A DNA stretch of 64,000 nt from an uncultured delta proteobacterium (GCA_963845515.1 CAWJSR010000017.1:21678-85677), one strand, 5' to 3'. Positions 34,258 to 46,681 are shown, counted from the first letter of the stretch. A program made the numbers and translations. The notes: a model not told the origin generated them from the sequence alone.

Positions 34258-35034
34258 CTACGCCGTCCTCAGGGAGAGGGCGATGCCGGCGTGGCTGCGG
34301 ATCAGCTCGAAGACCACCTGATCCGACTCGGCGAGCCCGGGCTTGTGGCCGAGGAGCCGGAAGATCGTCACGACGCCCCAGACCGCGTCCCCGACCATGA
34401 GCGGGATGCACGCGCTGACGTCGGCGTCCACCGCGTCGACCGGGCCGTCGCGCCCGGCGATGAACGGCTTCCCGCGCTGCGCGGTCCTGCCGATCACGCC
34501 GTCGCCGAGCTTCAGCTCGCGCAGCGGGACAGGATCGACGCCGAAGTGATGGACGAGGGCGAGCCGGTCGTCCATGCGCTCGAAGACCGCGAACTCCTCC
34601 GAGCCCACCACGTTGATGACGATCTCCTGGAGCGCCTGCAGCACCTCCTCGCGCGCGAGGCCGCCGTGCAGCCGCTCGAGCGAGACGTAGAGTTGCGCCA
34701 TCTCGGAGGACTGCTCCTGCACCAGGACGTAGTCGTCGCTGATCTTGCCGACCTCCACCTCGAGGTCGGCGAGCCGCCTCCGGAGGGCGTCGCGCTCCCC
34801 GGTCGCGCTCGCGAGCGCCTCGCGCAGCGTCCGGAGGTCGTCGGACGACGGCCCCGCGGGCGCCGGCGTCGGGGTGGGCGCCGCCGCGATGGACGGGCCG
34901 CTGTCGTGCCGCTCGCGCGCGGACTTGAGCGAGGCGATCAGCTCCCTCAGCTTCTCGTTGACCTGGGTCAGGTCCCTGGAGCGTTCGGCGCTGGCGGCGG
35001 GGGCTGCGGGCTTGGCGGGGCGTGAGTCGGACAT
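34258..35034 (-). CDS. Coiled-coil plus GAF domain protein
   Basis: LYVSLERLH...EIVINVVGSEEF, G.IGRTA..G, ACIPLMVG, FRLLGHK. Confidence 0.8.
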   Translation of the reverse strand: MSDSRPAKPAAPAASAERSRDLTQVNEKLRELIASLKSARERHDSGPSIAAAPTPTPAPAGPSSDDLRTLREALASATGERDALRRRLADLEVEVGKISDDYVLVQEQSSEMAQLYVSLERLHGGLAREEVLQALQEIVINVVGSEEFAVFERMDDRLALVHHFGVDPVPLRELKLGDGVIGRTAQRGKPFIAGRDGPVDAVDADVSACIPLMVGDAVWGVVTIFRLLGHKPGLAESDQVVFELIRSHAGIALSLRTA

Positions 35035-35048
35035 GTGCTGTGCTCCAG

Positions 35049-35420
35049 CTACTGGCCGAGGCAGCTGCGGACCTTGGTGAGCAGCTCGAGGCCGTTGATG
35101 GGCTTGGTCACGTAGTCGCTGCAGCCCGACGCATAGCCCGTCTCGACGCTCTGGAGCTCGCCGCGTGTCGTCACCATGATGACCGGGATGGACCGCGTGG
35201 TGTCGTCCTCGCGGAGCTTGCGGACGGCCTCGAAGCCGTCCATCCGCGGCATGACCACGTCCATGAGGATCAGGTCGGGCCGCTCGGAGCGGGCCTTGTC
35301 GACGCCCTCCATGCCGTCTCGCGCGGTCACGACGTCGTACTCGCTCTTGGAGAGGATCATCTTCTCCATCAACAGGACGGTGCTCGAGTCGTCGACGAGA
35401 AGGATCTTCTTTCGGTCCAT
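35049..35420 (-). CDS. Single-domain response regulator (CheY-like)
   Basis: ILLVDDS, LILMDVVMPRMDG, IMVTT, YVTKP. Confidence 0.92.
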   Translation of the reverse strand: MDRKKILLVDDSSTVLLMEKMILSKSEYDVVTARDGMEGVDKARSERPDLILMDVVMPRMDGFEAVRKLREDDTTRSIPVIMVTTRGELQSVETGYASGCSDYVTKPINGLELLTKVRSCLGQ

Positions 35421-35872
35421 CGGACAACCCCCTGCGCAAGGCTGGTTCGGTAAGGTGCACCCGAACTTCTGCAATGAAGGCACCAAAGATCTGTGTGATG
35501 CTGCCGCACCCCCGCCGGGTGTGTGGCTGCAACACCTGAGCATACCCCGCGAGTCGCCAGGGGCCGAGACCACGCTCCAGCGCCGCCATTTCCGCCAAGG
35601 ATAATGGGGCTCCGGAAGTCGCGGCCGAGAGGAGGAGGCGGCCCCCGGGACGTCGTGCAGGACTCATCGTCAAGATTCATGCGGGCCGCCGCGGTGCGGC
35701 CTCCGCCGTCCGGGACGCGATCCGCTGGGGCAGGGCGGACCCCCGTGGGTCACCGTAAACCGTCGAGTCGAGCGGCTTTCGGCCGGCCGGCCGAAAGCCG
35801 GCCACTGGCTCGCCCGGAAGGGCGCGGGATCATTCGGATGGTTCGGGCGTCGAAGCTGCATCGCCTCTGCCG

Positions 35873-36070
35873 ATGCGCACGCTCATGATCCTGTTCCTCA
35901 CCGCAGCGCAGCCCGCGCAGGCACCCGCCGAGCGAGCGCCTGTCGAAGACCCGGCAGCCGTCGCTCGAAGAGGTCTCGCGGTGGCGTCACGCGGAGACCC
36001 CGCGATAGCCGACGTGCAGGCTGCGGCGGCGCGCTGCTCGGACCCCACGATCTCGCAGGGCGCCGACGTC
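35873..36070 (+). CDS. Exported hypothetical protein, truncated at the junction
   Basis: [17 protein letters not shown] signal-like start; P.IADVQAAA; runs into the antisense strand of clpB. Confidence 0.4.
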
Positions 36071-36074
36071 GGGC

Positions 36075-37401
<1,327 letters not shown>

Positions 37402-37494
37402 GCACTACTCCCCGGACCGGTTATCTGGGTCATCGCACGCCCCGGCCCGTCATCTGAGCCGTGGCCCGCGACCCGGGGGGCCGCGGCTCGCCGG

Positions 37495-37710
37495 TCAGCC
37501 CTCGCTCAGCGTTCGCACCAGAACCCAGACAGCGCCGACGAGGACGACGAGCGCCACGCCCGACGTGAGCCAGGCCATCGGATCATCCGCGGCCTCGCCG
37601 AAGTCGTGCAGAAAAGCATACAGGCGCAGGGCCGCGAGCGCGGCCACCACCGTGCCGCCCACCAGGCGGACGACTTCGCCCGCCCCGAGTTCCCCTGGTC
37701 GATCCGTCAC
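37495..37710 (-). CDS. Small two-TM membrane protein downstream of cbaA (possible oxidase assembly factor)
   Basis: 71 aa, two hydrophobic helices, co-oriented with the ba3 operon. Confidence 0.55.
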   Translation of the reverse strand: MTDRPGELGAGEVVRLVGGTVVAALAALRLYAFLHDFGEAADDPMAWLTSGVALVVLVGAVWVLVRTLSEG

Positions 37711-37741
37711 GACGGTGTCACGCCCCTCTCCCCCGGCACCG

Positions 37742-39415
37742 CTACCAGGGCGTCAGCCCGGGCGACACGAAATTGGGCATGTAACTCAAGAAGTACGGGC
37801 CGTACGCGATCAGAATCAACACGATGGCCAACCCGACCCACAGCCCCCAGCGATCGAGGATCGCCGCCGACTCCTGCGGGCCCGAGACGAACTCGTCGGC
37901 CACCGGCATCTCGACCACCGCGCCCTTGCGGCCGGCCAGCAACGTCCCGAGCAAGACGATCAGGAACAAGCTGCCGGAGATGAACATTACCGATCCACCG
38001 ACTGCGGTCATCCAGTGCGACGTCTGCCATGCCGGCAGGTTCTGGCCGTATCCCAGCTGCGACACGTTCAATCGCCGCGGCATCCCGTCCAGCCCGCCGT
38101 TAACCTGTCCCCAGGAGAAAGTGAACACGCCGGCCAGCCACAACCACGCCTGCGCGAGCGCCATCTTACGACCCCACAGCTCGCGCCCGGTCAGGTGCGG
38201 CACCAGCCAATAGGCGATGCCCATGAACGACAGCGCCACGGCGGTGCCCACCGTCAGGTGAAAGTGCCCGGGGACCCAGGCGGTGTTGTGGATCACGAGG
38301 TTCACGGTGTAGCTCGCGTTCACCAGGCCGCTGATGCCGCCCAGCACGAAGCCGCACATCGCCAGCAATTGCGCCACGACGCTCGGGTCGCCCCAGGGCA
38401 GCTTGCCGATCCACCCGAGCAGGCCCTTGCCGCCAGCCCGCCGCCCGCCGCTCTCCAACGAGGCCATGACCGAGAACGCCGTGATCATGCTGGGGAAGAA
38501 GATGGCGAACGTCATCACGGCCTGGACGGCCTTCATCGTCTGGTTGATGCCCGGGTCGGTGTACTGGTGGTGGAACCCGGTCGGGATCGACAGGATCACG
38601 AACAGAATGAACGTAAGCCGCACCAGTCCGTCGGACAGGATCTTGCCGCCGACCTGCTTGGGAATCATGGTGTACCACGAGACATAGGCCGGCAGCAGCC
38701 AGAAGTAGACGAGGGGGTGCCCGCTGAACCAGAACAGCACGCGTGCGAGCTGCGGGTCGATGTTGTCGATCATCCCCAACGACCAGGGCAGGAGCAGCAC
38801 GAGCACTTCCACCGCCAGGCCGAGCGATGCGATGAACCACATGAGGTAGGTCGCGATGACGCCGAACGCCTGCAGCGGCACGCGCTCACCCGGATGGTCC
38901 TTGCGCCAGCCGCGGTACGACAACCACACGTTCAGGGCCACCAGCCACGTGCTGACGACGACGAGCACCAGTCCCAGATAGTAGATCCAGGTCGCCTTGA
39001 GCGGCGGATACATGGTGTACAGCACACTGGCCTGGTTGGCGATAATCTGCCAAATTGCCATCAGCGTGCCCACGACGAACAGGATGAAGGCGCCCAGATG
39101 CAGCGCGGGGATTGGCCGGCGATCGACCGATCGGGCCATCACCATGGTCATGAACCCGTTTGCGAACGCGATGGTGAAGGCGAGCGCCAACAACACGCCG
39201 TGCGCGCTCAGACCCTGGTAGTAACTCTCCTGCATGGGGAAGTACGTCCACAGCGACGTCTTGGCCGGCATCACCCGGTCGAGGGCCTGCGCCAGGCCGG
39301 CCAGGATGCCCATCGCGAAGAACGCGAACGACAGCAGGATGTGCCAGGTGATGATCCGCACGTCGCGTCGCGCGAGGTACGGCGCCGCGAGGGCGGCACT
39401 GGTTGCCTGGATCAT
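37742..39415 (-). CDS. cbaA: B-family (ba3-type) cytochrome c oxidase subunit I
   Basis: YYQGLSAHG, LYTMYPPL, LFWFSGHPLVYFWLLPAY, GFHHQYTDP, HNTAWVPGHFH, MPRR. Confidence 0.95.
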   Translation of the reverse strand: MIQATSAALAAPYLARRDVRIITWHILLSFAFFAMGILAGLAQALDRVMPAKTSLWTYFPMQESYYQGLSAHGVLLALAFTIAFANGFMTMVMARSVDRRPIPALHLGAFILFVVGTLMAIWQIIANQASVLYTMYPPLKATWIYYLGLVLVVVSTWLVALNVWLSYRGWRKDHPGERVPLQAFGVIATYLMWFIASLGLAVEVLVLLLPWSLGMIDNIDPQLARVLFWFSGHPLVYFWLLPAYVSWYTMIPKQVGGKILSDGLVRLTFILFVILSIPTGFHHQYTDPGINQTMKAVQAVMTFAIFFPSMITAFSVMASLESGGRRAGGKGLLGWIGKLPWGDPSVVAQLLAMCGFVLGGISGLVNASYTVNLVIHNTAWVPGHFHLTVGTAVALSFMGIAYWLVPHLTGRELWGRKMALAQAWLWLAGVFTFSWGQVNGGLDGMPRRLNVSQLGYGQNLPAWQTSHWMTAVGGSVMFISGSLFLIVLLGTLLAGRKGAVVEMPVADEFVSGPQESAAILDRWGLWVGLAIVLILIAYGPYFLSYMPNFVSPGLTPW

Positions 39416-39960
39416 CAGGACTCGCCTCCCCTGGTCTGGGTCACTCGATCCGCCGCGCGGCGATCGGGTCTGGCGGACGACGACGGAGGCGACGCCTCGA
39501 CGACGACCTTGGCGCTCATCGCCTGGTGCCCGGTACCGCAGTACTCGTGGCACGCGATCAGGTACTCACCGGGCTCGTCGAAGGTGTGCCGAACGGTGGA
39601 CACCTCTCCCGGCACGACCATGACGTTGACGTCGGTGCCGCGGATCAGGAAGCCGTGGATGATGTCGATGGACGCAACCTGGAAGGTCACGTTGGCCCCG
39701 ACCGGCACCGTGATCACTGCCGGCTGGAAGAACCACGTGCGGGCCACGATCGTGGCCAGATACTCGCCGGGAGCGGTCTCCACCACGCCCGGGTCGTTCC
39801 AGGGCGCTTGATCGAGCATCGTGCTCGGGTCGACCCTGCCCGTCGGCCCGGGCACCGTGATGTCGTGGGCACGGACGGCGAAGATCAGGAAGACACCGAA
39901 TACGAGCAGCATAACGGCGGTGAGACCGAGGAACACCTTCTCGTAGAAATCGATCTTCAT
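39415..39960 (-). CDS. cbaB: ba3-type cytochrome c oxidase subunit II (CuA)
   Basis: YEKVF, DIIHGF, CHEYCGTGHQAM. Confidence 0.94.
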   Translation of the reverse strand: MKIDFYEKVFLGLTAVMLLVFGVFLIFAVRAHDITVPGPTGRVDPSTMLDQAPWNDPGVVETAPGEYLATIVARTWFFQPAVITVPVGANVTFQVASIDIIHGFLIRGTDVNVMVVPGEVSTVRHTFDEPGEYLIACHEYCGTGHQAMSAKVVVEASPPSSSARPDRRAADRVTQTRGGES

Positions 39961-39963
39961 GGC

Positions 39964-40242
39964 CTAGACCCGCCCGAGCATCATGAGATAGAGGTAGCCC
40001 CACATGGCCACGATCAACACGAGGAACAGCAGCATCAGGAACAGCGTGCCCCGCGGGTGCGCATCCTCCCCGTGGTCGACGGCTCCCGGTAGTACAGCGG
40101 CTACTGCTGGCGCAGCGGCTACTGCTGGCGCAGCGGCTACTGCTGGCGCAGCGGCTCCCGCTGGCACAGCGGCTCCCGGTGGCGCAGCCGATCCCGGTGC
40201 CACAGCGGCTCCCGGTGGCGCGGCGGCCTGCTTCCGGCTCAA
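39964..40242 (-). CDS. cbaD: ba3-type oxidase subunit IIa with repetitive Ala/Pro N-terminus
   Basis: HPRGTL...WGYLY single TM immediately upstream of cbaB. Confidence 0.7.
   Translation of the reverse strand: MSRKQAAAPPGAAVAPGSAAPPGAAVPAGAAAPAVAAAPAVAAAPAVAAVLPGAVDHGEDAHPRGTLFLMLLFLVLIVAMWGYLYLMMLGRV
40081..40226. repeat. 18-bp tandem repeat, about 8 degenerate copies
   Basis: Unit CAGCGGCTACTGCTGGCG; encodes PAVAAA/PGAAVA hexapeptides. Confidence 0.85.
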
Positions 40243-40370
40243 GGTCCCCCCTCCTTCCTGGTGCGGTCCACGTGCGCACCAGCAACCATCCGACGCGGAA
40301 ATCCCGTGCCGGTCGCCGAACTACGATATGCGAACCTCCTGCTCGAGGCAAGCGTCACGGGCCGTGGCCC

Positions 40371-41359
40371 TTACGCCGGGCGCAGCGCGCGCAAGCGCTC
40401 GAACAGCCCACGCTCTTCGTCGCTCAGGGCGCCGGGCAGTCGCACCCGCACGGTGACGTACAGGTCGCCGTGGGTGGACGGCTTCTTGAGCGCCGGCATC
40501 CCCTTGCCGGTCAGCCGGAACCGCCGCCCGTTCTGCGTCTCGGGCGGGACGGTGAGCACGAGATCGCCGGTCGGCGTCGGAACGTGCGCCTCGCCCCCGA
40601 GAACGGCCACGACCAGCGGGACCTCGACCTCGGTCGCAAGATCGTCGCCGGTGCGAGTGAAACGCGGATCCTCGAGCACCTCGATCACGAGGTACAGGTC
40701 ACCGGGGCGCCCGCCCGCCGCGGCCGCCCCTTCGCCGGCCACGCGCACCTTCGATCCGGTGCGCACCCCCGGTGGGATGGTGACCTCGAGCCGCCGGCCG
40801 TCCTTGTTGAGCAGTCGCTTGCCGCCGGTATACGCCTCGGCCAGTGTAACCTGGACCGGGTGCCGGATGTCGGTACCGGCGATCGAGCGCCCGCCGGGTG
40901 ATCTCCCGCCCGCGGACCGAGCACCCGACGGCCCGGCGCCGCGCATCGATGGACCCGCGCGGCCGCGCCCGAACAGCGCCTCGAAGAAGTCCGAGAAGCC
41001 GCCGAGGCCCCCGGTTCCGGAAGCCCCGAACAGCGCCTCCAGGTCTTCGGCCGTGGCGTACTGGACGCCCGGCGCTCCCGGGCCTGCCCCCAGGCGCCCC
41101 AGTCGAAGCCCTCCGGCGCACTGCCGCTCTGGTGGTTCTGCCAGGCCCGGCCAAAGCGGTCGTACTTCTCCCGCTTGGCAGGATCGCCCAGCACCTCGTA
41201 CGCCTCGGCCACGTCCTTGAAGCGCGACTCGGCGCCGGCATCGCCGGGGTTGACGTCGGGATGCAGCTCGCGCGCCAGCTTGCGGAAGGCGCGCTTGATC
41301 TGCTTCGCATCGGCGTCCCTCGGCACGCCCAGGACGGCATAGTAGTCCTTGTAGTCCAC
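40371..41359 (-). CDS. DnaJ/CbpA-type co-chaperone without Zn finger (frameshift near 41090)
   Basis: [48 protein letters not shown]. Confidence 0.92.
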
Positions 41360-41562
41360 CCCTGCCCTCGCTTTGCCCCTGGTTCCAGCACCGCTCCGCG
41401 CCACCGGTCGCCCCCTCGCATGGACAAGCCTGCGGGGCCTGGATGGGCACCGCAGGGCGCCCCACTGCACTACAATATGCCCTGCCATTGCAGCAAGGAC
41501 ATATTATCATCGCCGTGTCAGATCAATGCTACCGCCACGTTAGCGCCGTATCAGAGGCCGCG

Positions 41563-43582
41563 ATGACGAGACCAGACCGATTCGGGCCGGAGGGGTCCTC
41601 GGGGGGTGATGCGTACTGGACGGGTGATGTGTCGCCGGCGGGCGAGGCGTACTCGGTGGGCGACGCGTCCCGGGCGGACGACGCGTCCTCGGTGGGCGAG
41701 GCGTCCTGGGCGGGTGATGTCTCGCCGGCGGGTGAGGCGTCCTCGGCGGGCGACGCGTCCTCCGTGGGCGACACTTCCCGGGCGGGCGACGCATCCCCGG
41801 CGAGTGAGACGTCGCCGGCGGGCGATGAGTCCCCGGCGGGCGATGCGTCCTCGCCCGCCGACCAGATCGTCCCGCCAGCCCGCCAGCCGCGGGCCGACAG
41901 CCTGCTATTGACCGACTACCGGCTGCAGCAGCGCGACTACCTGCTTCGCATCGCCCGGGCGATGAGCGCTCAGCTCGACCTGCGCGAGGTTCTCGCACTG
42001 GTGATCCGATCGGCGGTGCAGATGACCCGGGGGAGAGGCCGGCGCCATCGCCATGCGCGCGGTCGGTGGCGGCGACATGCACGTCGTGGCCAGTTACCGG
42101 CTGGAGGGTCACTTCCAGGACGATCTCGCCCCCCTCCTGGGCACCCGAGCGCCGCGCGCCGGGCCCGAGGGCGACGATCGCGCCGACGTCCCGGCAGCGG
42201 GTTGGGACCGCGCGCCGAGCGATCGCACCGGCGCACCCATGGCCGCATGGACCCGATCGCCGGCCACGGTCGAGCACGCTCCGCAAGGCACGCGGCTGGC
42301 CACCGTCGCGCGTCAGGCAGCGCGGCCCGGTGTCGACGCCTACCATGTCGTCACCCTGCCGCTCGCGCGCGCCGGCGCGACGGTGGGCCGCTCGTCGTCT
42401 TCCGCTCGGAAGGGGCGGCCGTGTTCACACCGCTCGACGACGAAGTGCTCGAGGCGTTCGCCGACCAGGCGGCGGTCGCCATCCAGAACGCGTATCTGCA
42501 CGCGCGGCTCGCGGCGCGCGAGCGGCAGCTGACCGACGTCGTCGCACGCACTCCGGCGGGGATCGTGCTCGCCGGCACCGACGGCCGCGTCGTCGGCGAC
42601 AACCGGGCCGCGCGCGCGTTGCTGGCGAGCGACGGCGGCCCGATGATCGGGACCACCCTCGCGGACGCCCTGGCCCTCGAGACCGACGCGGCGCCGCCCA
42701 GCCCCTGGTGCTCCCTGATCGGGCGCGACCGCGACGGTGCGAGTGGCTATCTGCCGTCGGCGCGGGCCGGCGCGGCCCGTTCGTGCAGGCGACGCTGCAC
42801 GCCCTGGCCGACGCCGACGGCGACCTCGAGGGCTTCGTCGTCGACGTCGTCGACCTCTCGGTCTACAAGGAGGCCGAGGACACCAAGGCGGCGTTCCTGG
42901 CCGGGTTGTCGCACGAGCTCAAGACGCCCCTGGCGCTGATCCAGGGTTACGCCGAGACGCTCCGGCTCGAGGAGGTGCGCCGATCGGTCCTGTTCGACGA
43001 GGCGATCGCCGTGATTCTCGGACGCGACCGACCACCTGACCCCCATGGTCGACGAGCTGCTGCTGGCGGCGCGATTGCAGCCGGGGCTGCTGACGCTCGA
43101 CCTCGACGTCGTCGACCTGGCCGGTCTCCTCCGGCGAGGTCGCGGACTTTTCGGCCCGCCCGCCCCGACCACGACTGGGAGCTCGACCTCGGCCCGCGAC
43201 CTGCCGGCCGTCGTGGCCGATCCGACGCGTCTCCGGCAGGTCTTCCACAACCTCCTGGCCAACGCCGCGAAGTACGCGCCACGCGGCACGACGGTACGCG
43301 TGGCGGCGCGCGTCGACGGCGCGGAGGCGGTCGTGACGGTGCGCGACGAGGGGCCGGGCATCGCCCCGGCCGACCGGGGCCGGATCTTCGAGCGCTTCGT
43401 GCGCGCGACCGACCGCGCCGAGGGCACCGGCCTCGGCCTGTACATGAGTCGCGCCATCGTGTCGGCCCACGGCGGCCGAATCGACGTCGAGGCGCGGCCG
43501 GCCGGGCAGCACGTTCATCGTCCGCCTGCCGCCCGACCGGGCCCGACGCCGGCGCCGGCCGGACGGTTCGAGCGAGCCGTGA
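41563..43582 (+). CDS. GAF/PAS sensor histidine kinase (heavily frameshifted)
   Basis: FADQAAVAIQNA, LSHELKTPLALIQG, QVFHNLLANAAKY, VRDEGPGI, IFERF, GTGLGL. Confidence 0.85.
41605..41856. repeat. 18-bp tandem repeat, 14 degenerate copies
   Basis: GG(C/T)GA(C/G/T)GCGTC...G(C/T)G units encoding G(D/E)ASxx hexapeptides. Confidence 0.9.
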
Positions 43583-44319
43583 GCGCGTCGCCGCTCGCCG
43601 GTCGCCTGGTGCTCGTCGTGGACGACGAAGAGCGCATCGTCCGCTTCGTGCGCTTGCACTTCGAGAGGAAGGGCGCGCGCTGATCGAGGCCGGCAGACGG
43701 CCCGACGGCGCTGGAGGTCGTGCGCGCCCATCTGCCGGACCTGGTCGTGCTCGACGTGATGATGCCGGGCATGGACGGCTTCGAGACCCTGCGCGCGCTG
43801 CGGGCGATCTCGGATGTGCCGGTCATCATGCTGACCGTGCAGGCCGAGGAGGCCGACCGGGTGCGCGGCCTCGACCTGGGCGCGGACGACTACCTCGGCC
43901 AAGCCGTTCAGCCCGGCGGAGCTGGTCAGCCGCGCCCAGGCCGTGCTGCGGCGAGCGCAGGCACCCGGCGGCGGCGATGTCGTGACCGTGGACGACGACC
44001 TCCAGATCGACTTCCGGACCCGGGAGGTGGTCGTCCGCGGGCAGCGGATCAAGCTGCGACCGACCGAGTGGCGCCTGCTGTACCACCTGGTCCACAACGC
44101 CGGGTGGCTGCTCACGCACGACGCCATCCTGTCTCGAAGGTCTGGGGGCCCGAGTATCAGGGTCAGGACAACTACGTGCGGCTCTACGTCACCTATCTGC
44201 GCCAGAAGATCGAGCCCGACCCCGCGCACCCGCGATACATCCTCACCGAACGCGGCACGGGCTACCGCTTCGTCGACTTCGCCGGCAAGCGCGAGGTGCC
44301 GCGCGACATCGACGCGTGA
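43579..44319 (+). CDS. OmpR/KdpE-family response regulator (frameshifted)
   Basis: [57 protein letters not shown]. Confidence 0.9.
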
Positions 44320-44361
44320 CCCGGACGCAGCGCGACGCGCGCACAAGGACGCCCTCGCGCC

Positions 44362-44532
44362 ATGCCCGACCAACGCGGAAGCCACCACATCATGTCACGG
44401 GCTGGCATTCCGGAGATCATCAACCTGCAGCCGCGCCCGGCCGGCCAGGCGAGGTTGTATCAGGTCCGGCAAGTGCGCCAGGTCATTCTGCGGCATGGGC
44501 TGGCGGGGGAACAGGACGGCGAGGATGCCTGA
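44362..44532 (+). pseudogene. hicA: HicA toxin, C-terminal half only
   Basis: My translation MPDQRGSHHIMSRAGIPEIINLQPRPAGQARLYQVRQVR; overlaps the hicB start. Confidence 0.7.
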
Positions 44533-44740
44533 ACACCGCTACGAGATGATCATCTACTGGAGCCAGGCTGACGGTGCCTTCCTGGTGGAGGTGCCTGAGC
44601 TGCCCGGATGCATGGCCGACGGTCCCACTTATGAGGCCGCAGTGGCCAATGCCCAGGTCATCATCCGCGAGTGGATCGACACCGCCACGTCGCTCCCGGC
44701 ACCGCGACCGCGGTCTCCGGGGAATGGGTGCAGGAGCTCG
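44525..44740 (+). CDS. hicB: HicB-family antitoxin (3' end approximate)
   Basis: YEMIIYWSQADGAFLVEVPELPGCMADGPTYEAA. Confidence 0.85.
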
Positions 44741-44773
44741 TCGCGCGGCTATACTCAGCCAAGGAGATCGGCC

Positions 44774-45214
44774 ATGACGACACACACCATTGACCTGCAA
44801 CTCGCCCTCCCGCGCTCGCTGGTGGAGCGTATCACCCGGACGGCTGAAGCCAATCGCACCTCTGTGGCTGACGTCATTGCGACCACTGTCGACCATGCGC
44901 TGCCCTTGGTGCCGGCCTTACCCCCGACGTTATTGCGCGAGCTGCTGGCCATGCTGGACTACAGCGATGGCGCCCTGCATACAGCGCTCCGGCCGACGAT
45001 CTCGCCCACCGACGATCGGCGCCTGAGGGAGTTGACGGGCATCGCCAAAATCCGCCGACTGTCCACCGACGAGGCGCTGGAGCAGGCCAGGCTGTTGGAG
45101 GTGTCGGAATGGTCGATGATCCGTCGGGCCCAGGCACTCGCCATCCTGCGGCGACGAGGCTATGACGTGCCCTCGGCCCAGGAGGTCTTTGAGGACGAGG
45201 ATGTCCTCGGTTGA
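44774..45214 (+). CDS. Putative antitoxin-like hypothetical protein
   Basis: AAGGAG RBS; RHH-like N-terminus; C-terminal RRAQALAILRRRGY. Confidence 0.55.
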   Translation: MTTHTIDLQLALPRSLVERITRTAEANRTSVADVIATTVDHALPLVPALPPTLLRELLAMLDYSDGALHTALRPTISPTDDRRLRELTGIAKIRRLSTDEALEQARLLEVSEWSMIRRAQALAILRRRGYDVPSAQEVFEDEDVLG

Positions 45215-45224
45215 GCGGTACCGC

Positions 45225-45320
45225 TCGGTCGCGTCACGGTCGACGTCCTGGACATGAACGCCGCGCTTGTCGTTGGCGCAAGGGCAATCTGGCGCAACGC
45301 CGGACTGCATCCGGCTGAGC
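45225..45320 (+). pseudogene. C-terminal remnant of an HNH-endonuclease-type toxin
   Basis: GRVTVDVLDMN..LVVGARAIWRNAGLHP resembles the C-terminus of small HNH proteins (recognised from memory). Confidence 0.4.
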
Positions 45321-45834
45321 GGCAGCCTGGCCGGGTCGGCGACACATCTGCCGACTGATCGAAACTCCCATACTCCCGTCAAGGACACGTCGCCGGAGCG
45401 CCCAACGGCGCCATCAGAGGGCTCGACGTGGTCAAGCTCGCCACACACCGCCGCCGAACAATGCCGGCTTGGGGTAGTCAGCGGGAGGGGGCTGACACTT
45501 GGGCGGACTCGCGATAAGCTCCTGCCGTGGTTCCGGGCAGCGTTCCGTGGGCGGCGCCCTCGTCGGCCTCGGCGCGAGATCGCCGGGCGCCGATCAACGC
45601 GGGAAGAGCGCGCCCACGTGGATCGAGAAGGAGGGGATGACGACGCCGCCATCGAGGAGATCGGCGGCGCCCAGGACGCGCGGCGAGCGGCGGCGTCGGT
45701 GCACCGACACCGTCCACGCCACGGGCGGGACCATCCGCCCGGGAGATCGGACGGACTTGGACTAGCATGTTGGAGTGGCGGTGCTCGTGCGCGGGCTCCC
45801 ATGGTGAGCGCGGGCGTGGTGGAGGCTCATCGCG

Positions 45835-46107
45835 TCAGCTCGGCGTGGACTCGGCCTCGATCTGAGACCAGAACTCCTCGTGCGGGATCCCGCCGGACTC
45901 ACGGACCTGCCGGCGCGCCTCCTCGAGAATCTCCTGGAATCGCCGAGAGCGCGACAGGGCGAGCCGCTCGATCTCGTCAGCGTCGGAGGTGCCGAGCAGC
46001 ACCGCTACGGGGCGGCCATTTCGAGTGATGATCACCAACTCATCCTCGCTGCTCCGGACGTACTCGCTCAGACGTGCCTTGACGTCCGCGATGGATGCGA
46101 TCTTCAC
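45835..46107 (-). CDS. Phd/YefM antitoxin
   Basis: SIADVKARLSEYVR....VIITRNGRPVAVL. Confidence 0.88.
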   Translation of the reverse strand: MKIASIADVKARLSEYVRSSEDELVIITRNGRPVAVLLGTSDADEIERLALSRSRRFQEILEEARRQVRESGGIPHEEFWSQIEAESTPS

Positions 46108-46437
46108 AGCTGCACCTCCTCGCCGCCGATGAACAGGCGGCCTCGCAACTTGACGCCGATAGCCAGGATCACGACGCGCCGTTTTCGAGGTTCAACGTCA
46201 TAGAGCACTCGGAACCGGTTGTTTGGCCCGAACCGCAGCTCCCCAAGTGCCGGACGTACCGGCCTCACGTCGCAACGGTTTCCGGTTGCGGGGCTCAACG
46301 TCCGGCTTGTGTGACAACCAGGCCTCGATAGTTGTCTGGATCAGCAGGTGATACCTGGCGTCGATGGCCCGCAAGTGCGCCTTTGTCATCCCGGCGTAGG
46401 AGATGTCAGACGGCGGCCGCGCACCGGTCATGACCAT
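46104..46437 (-). CDS. RelE/ParE-like toxin (frameshifted)
   Basis: HLRAID...RNRKPL / ELRFGPNNRFRVLYDV...VILAIGVK; coupled to phd by GTGA overlap. Confidence 0.75.
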
Positions 46438-46681
46438 AGTTATAGTCCTGGCCGCGCAAGCACGCCGGGATCAAGGCTCGTCCGCCTCCAAACTTGCTTT
46501 GATCGAAACCTGTCCGCGGGGTCGTCCGTCGGCCAGCCGTGACGCACCTCGCCCCGTGGCTGTGCCTGGGAACCACCACGCCCGCGTCGGCCGGGCCGTG
46601 CGCTGATCGTCGCGGGCCCGCGTTGTCGCCATCGCGTACCGGTGCTAGAGGTGATACCCTGTTGCGGAAGGAAGGTCCATC

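Noticed and set aside
41605..41856. CRISPR-like periodicity in the 18-bp arrays
   Set aside because: The units are contiguous and degenerate, with no unique spacers, in-frame coding and no cas genes.
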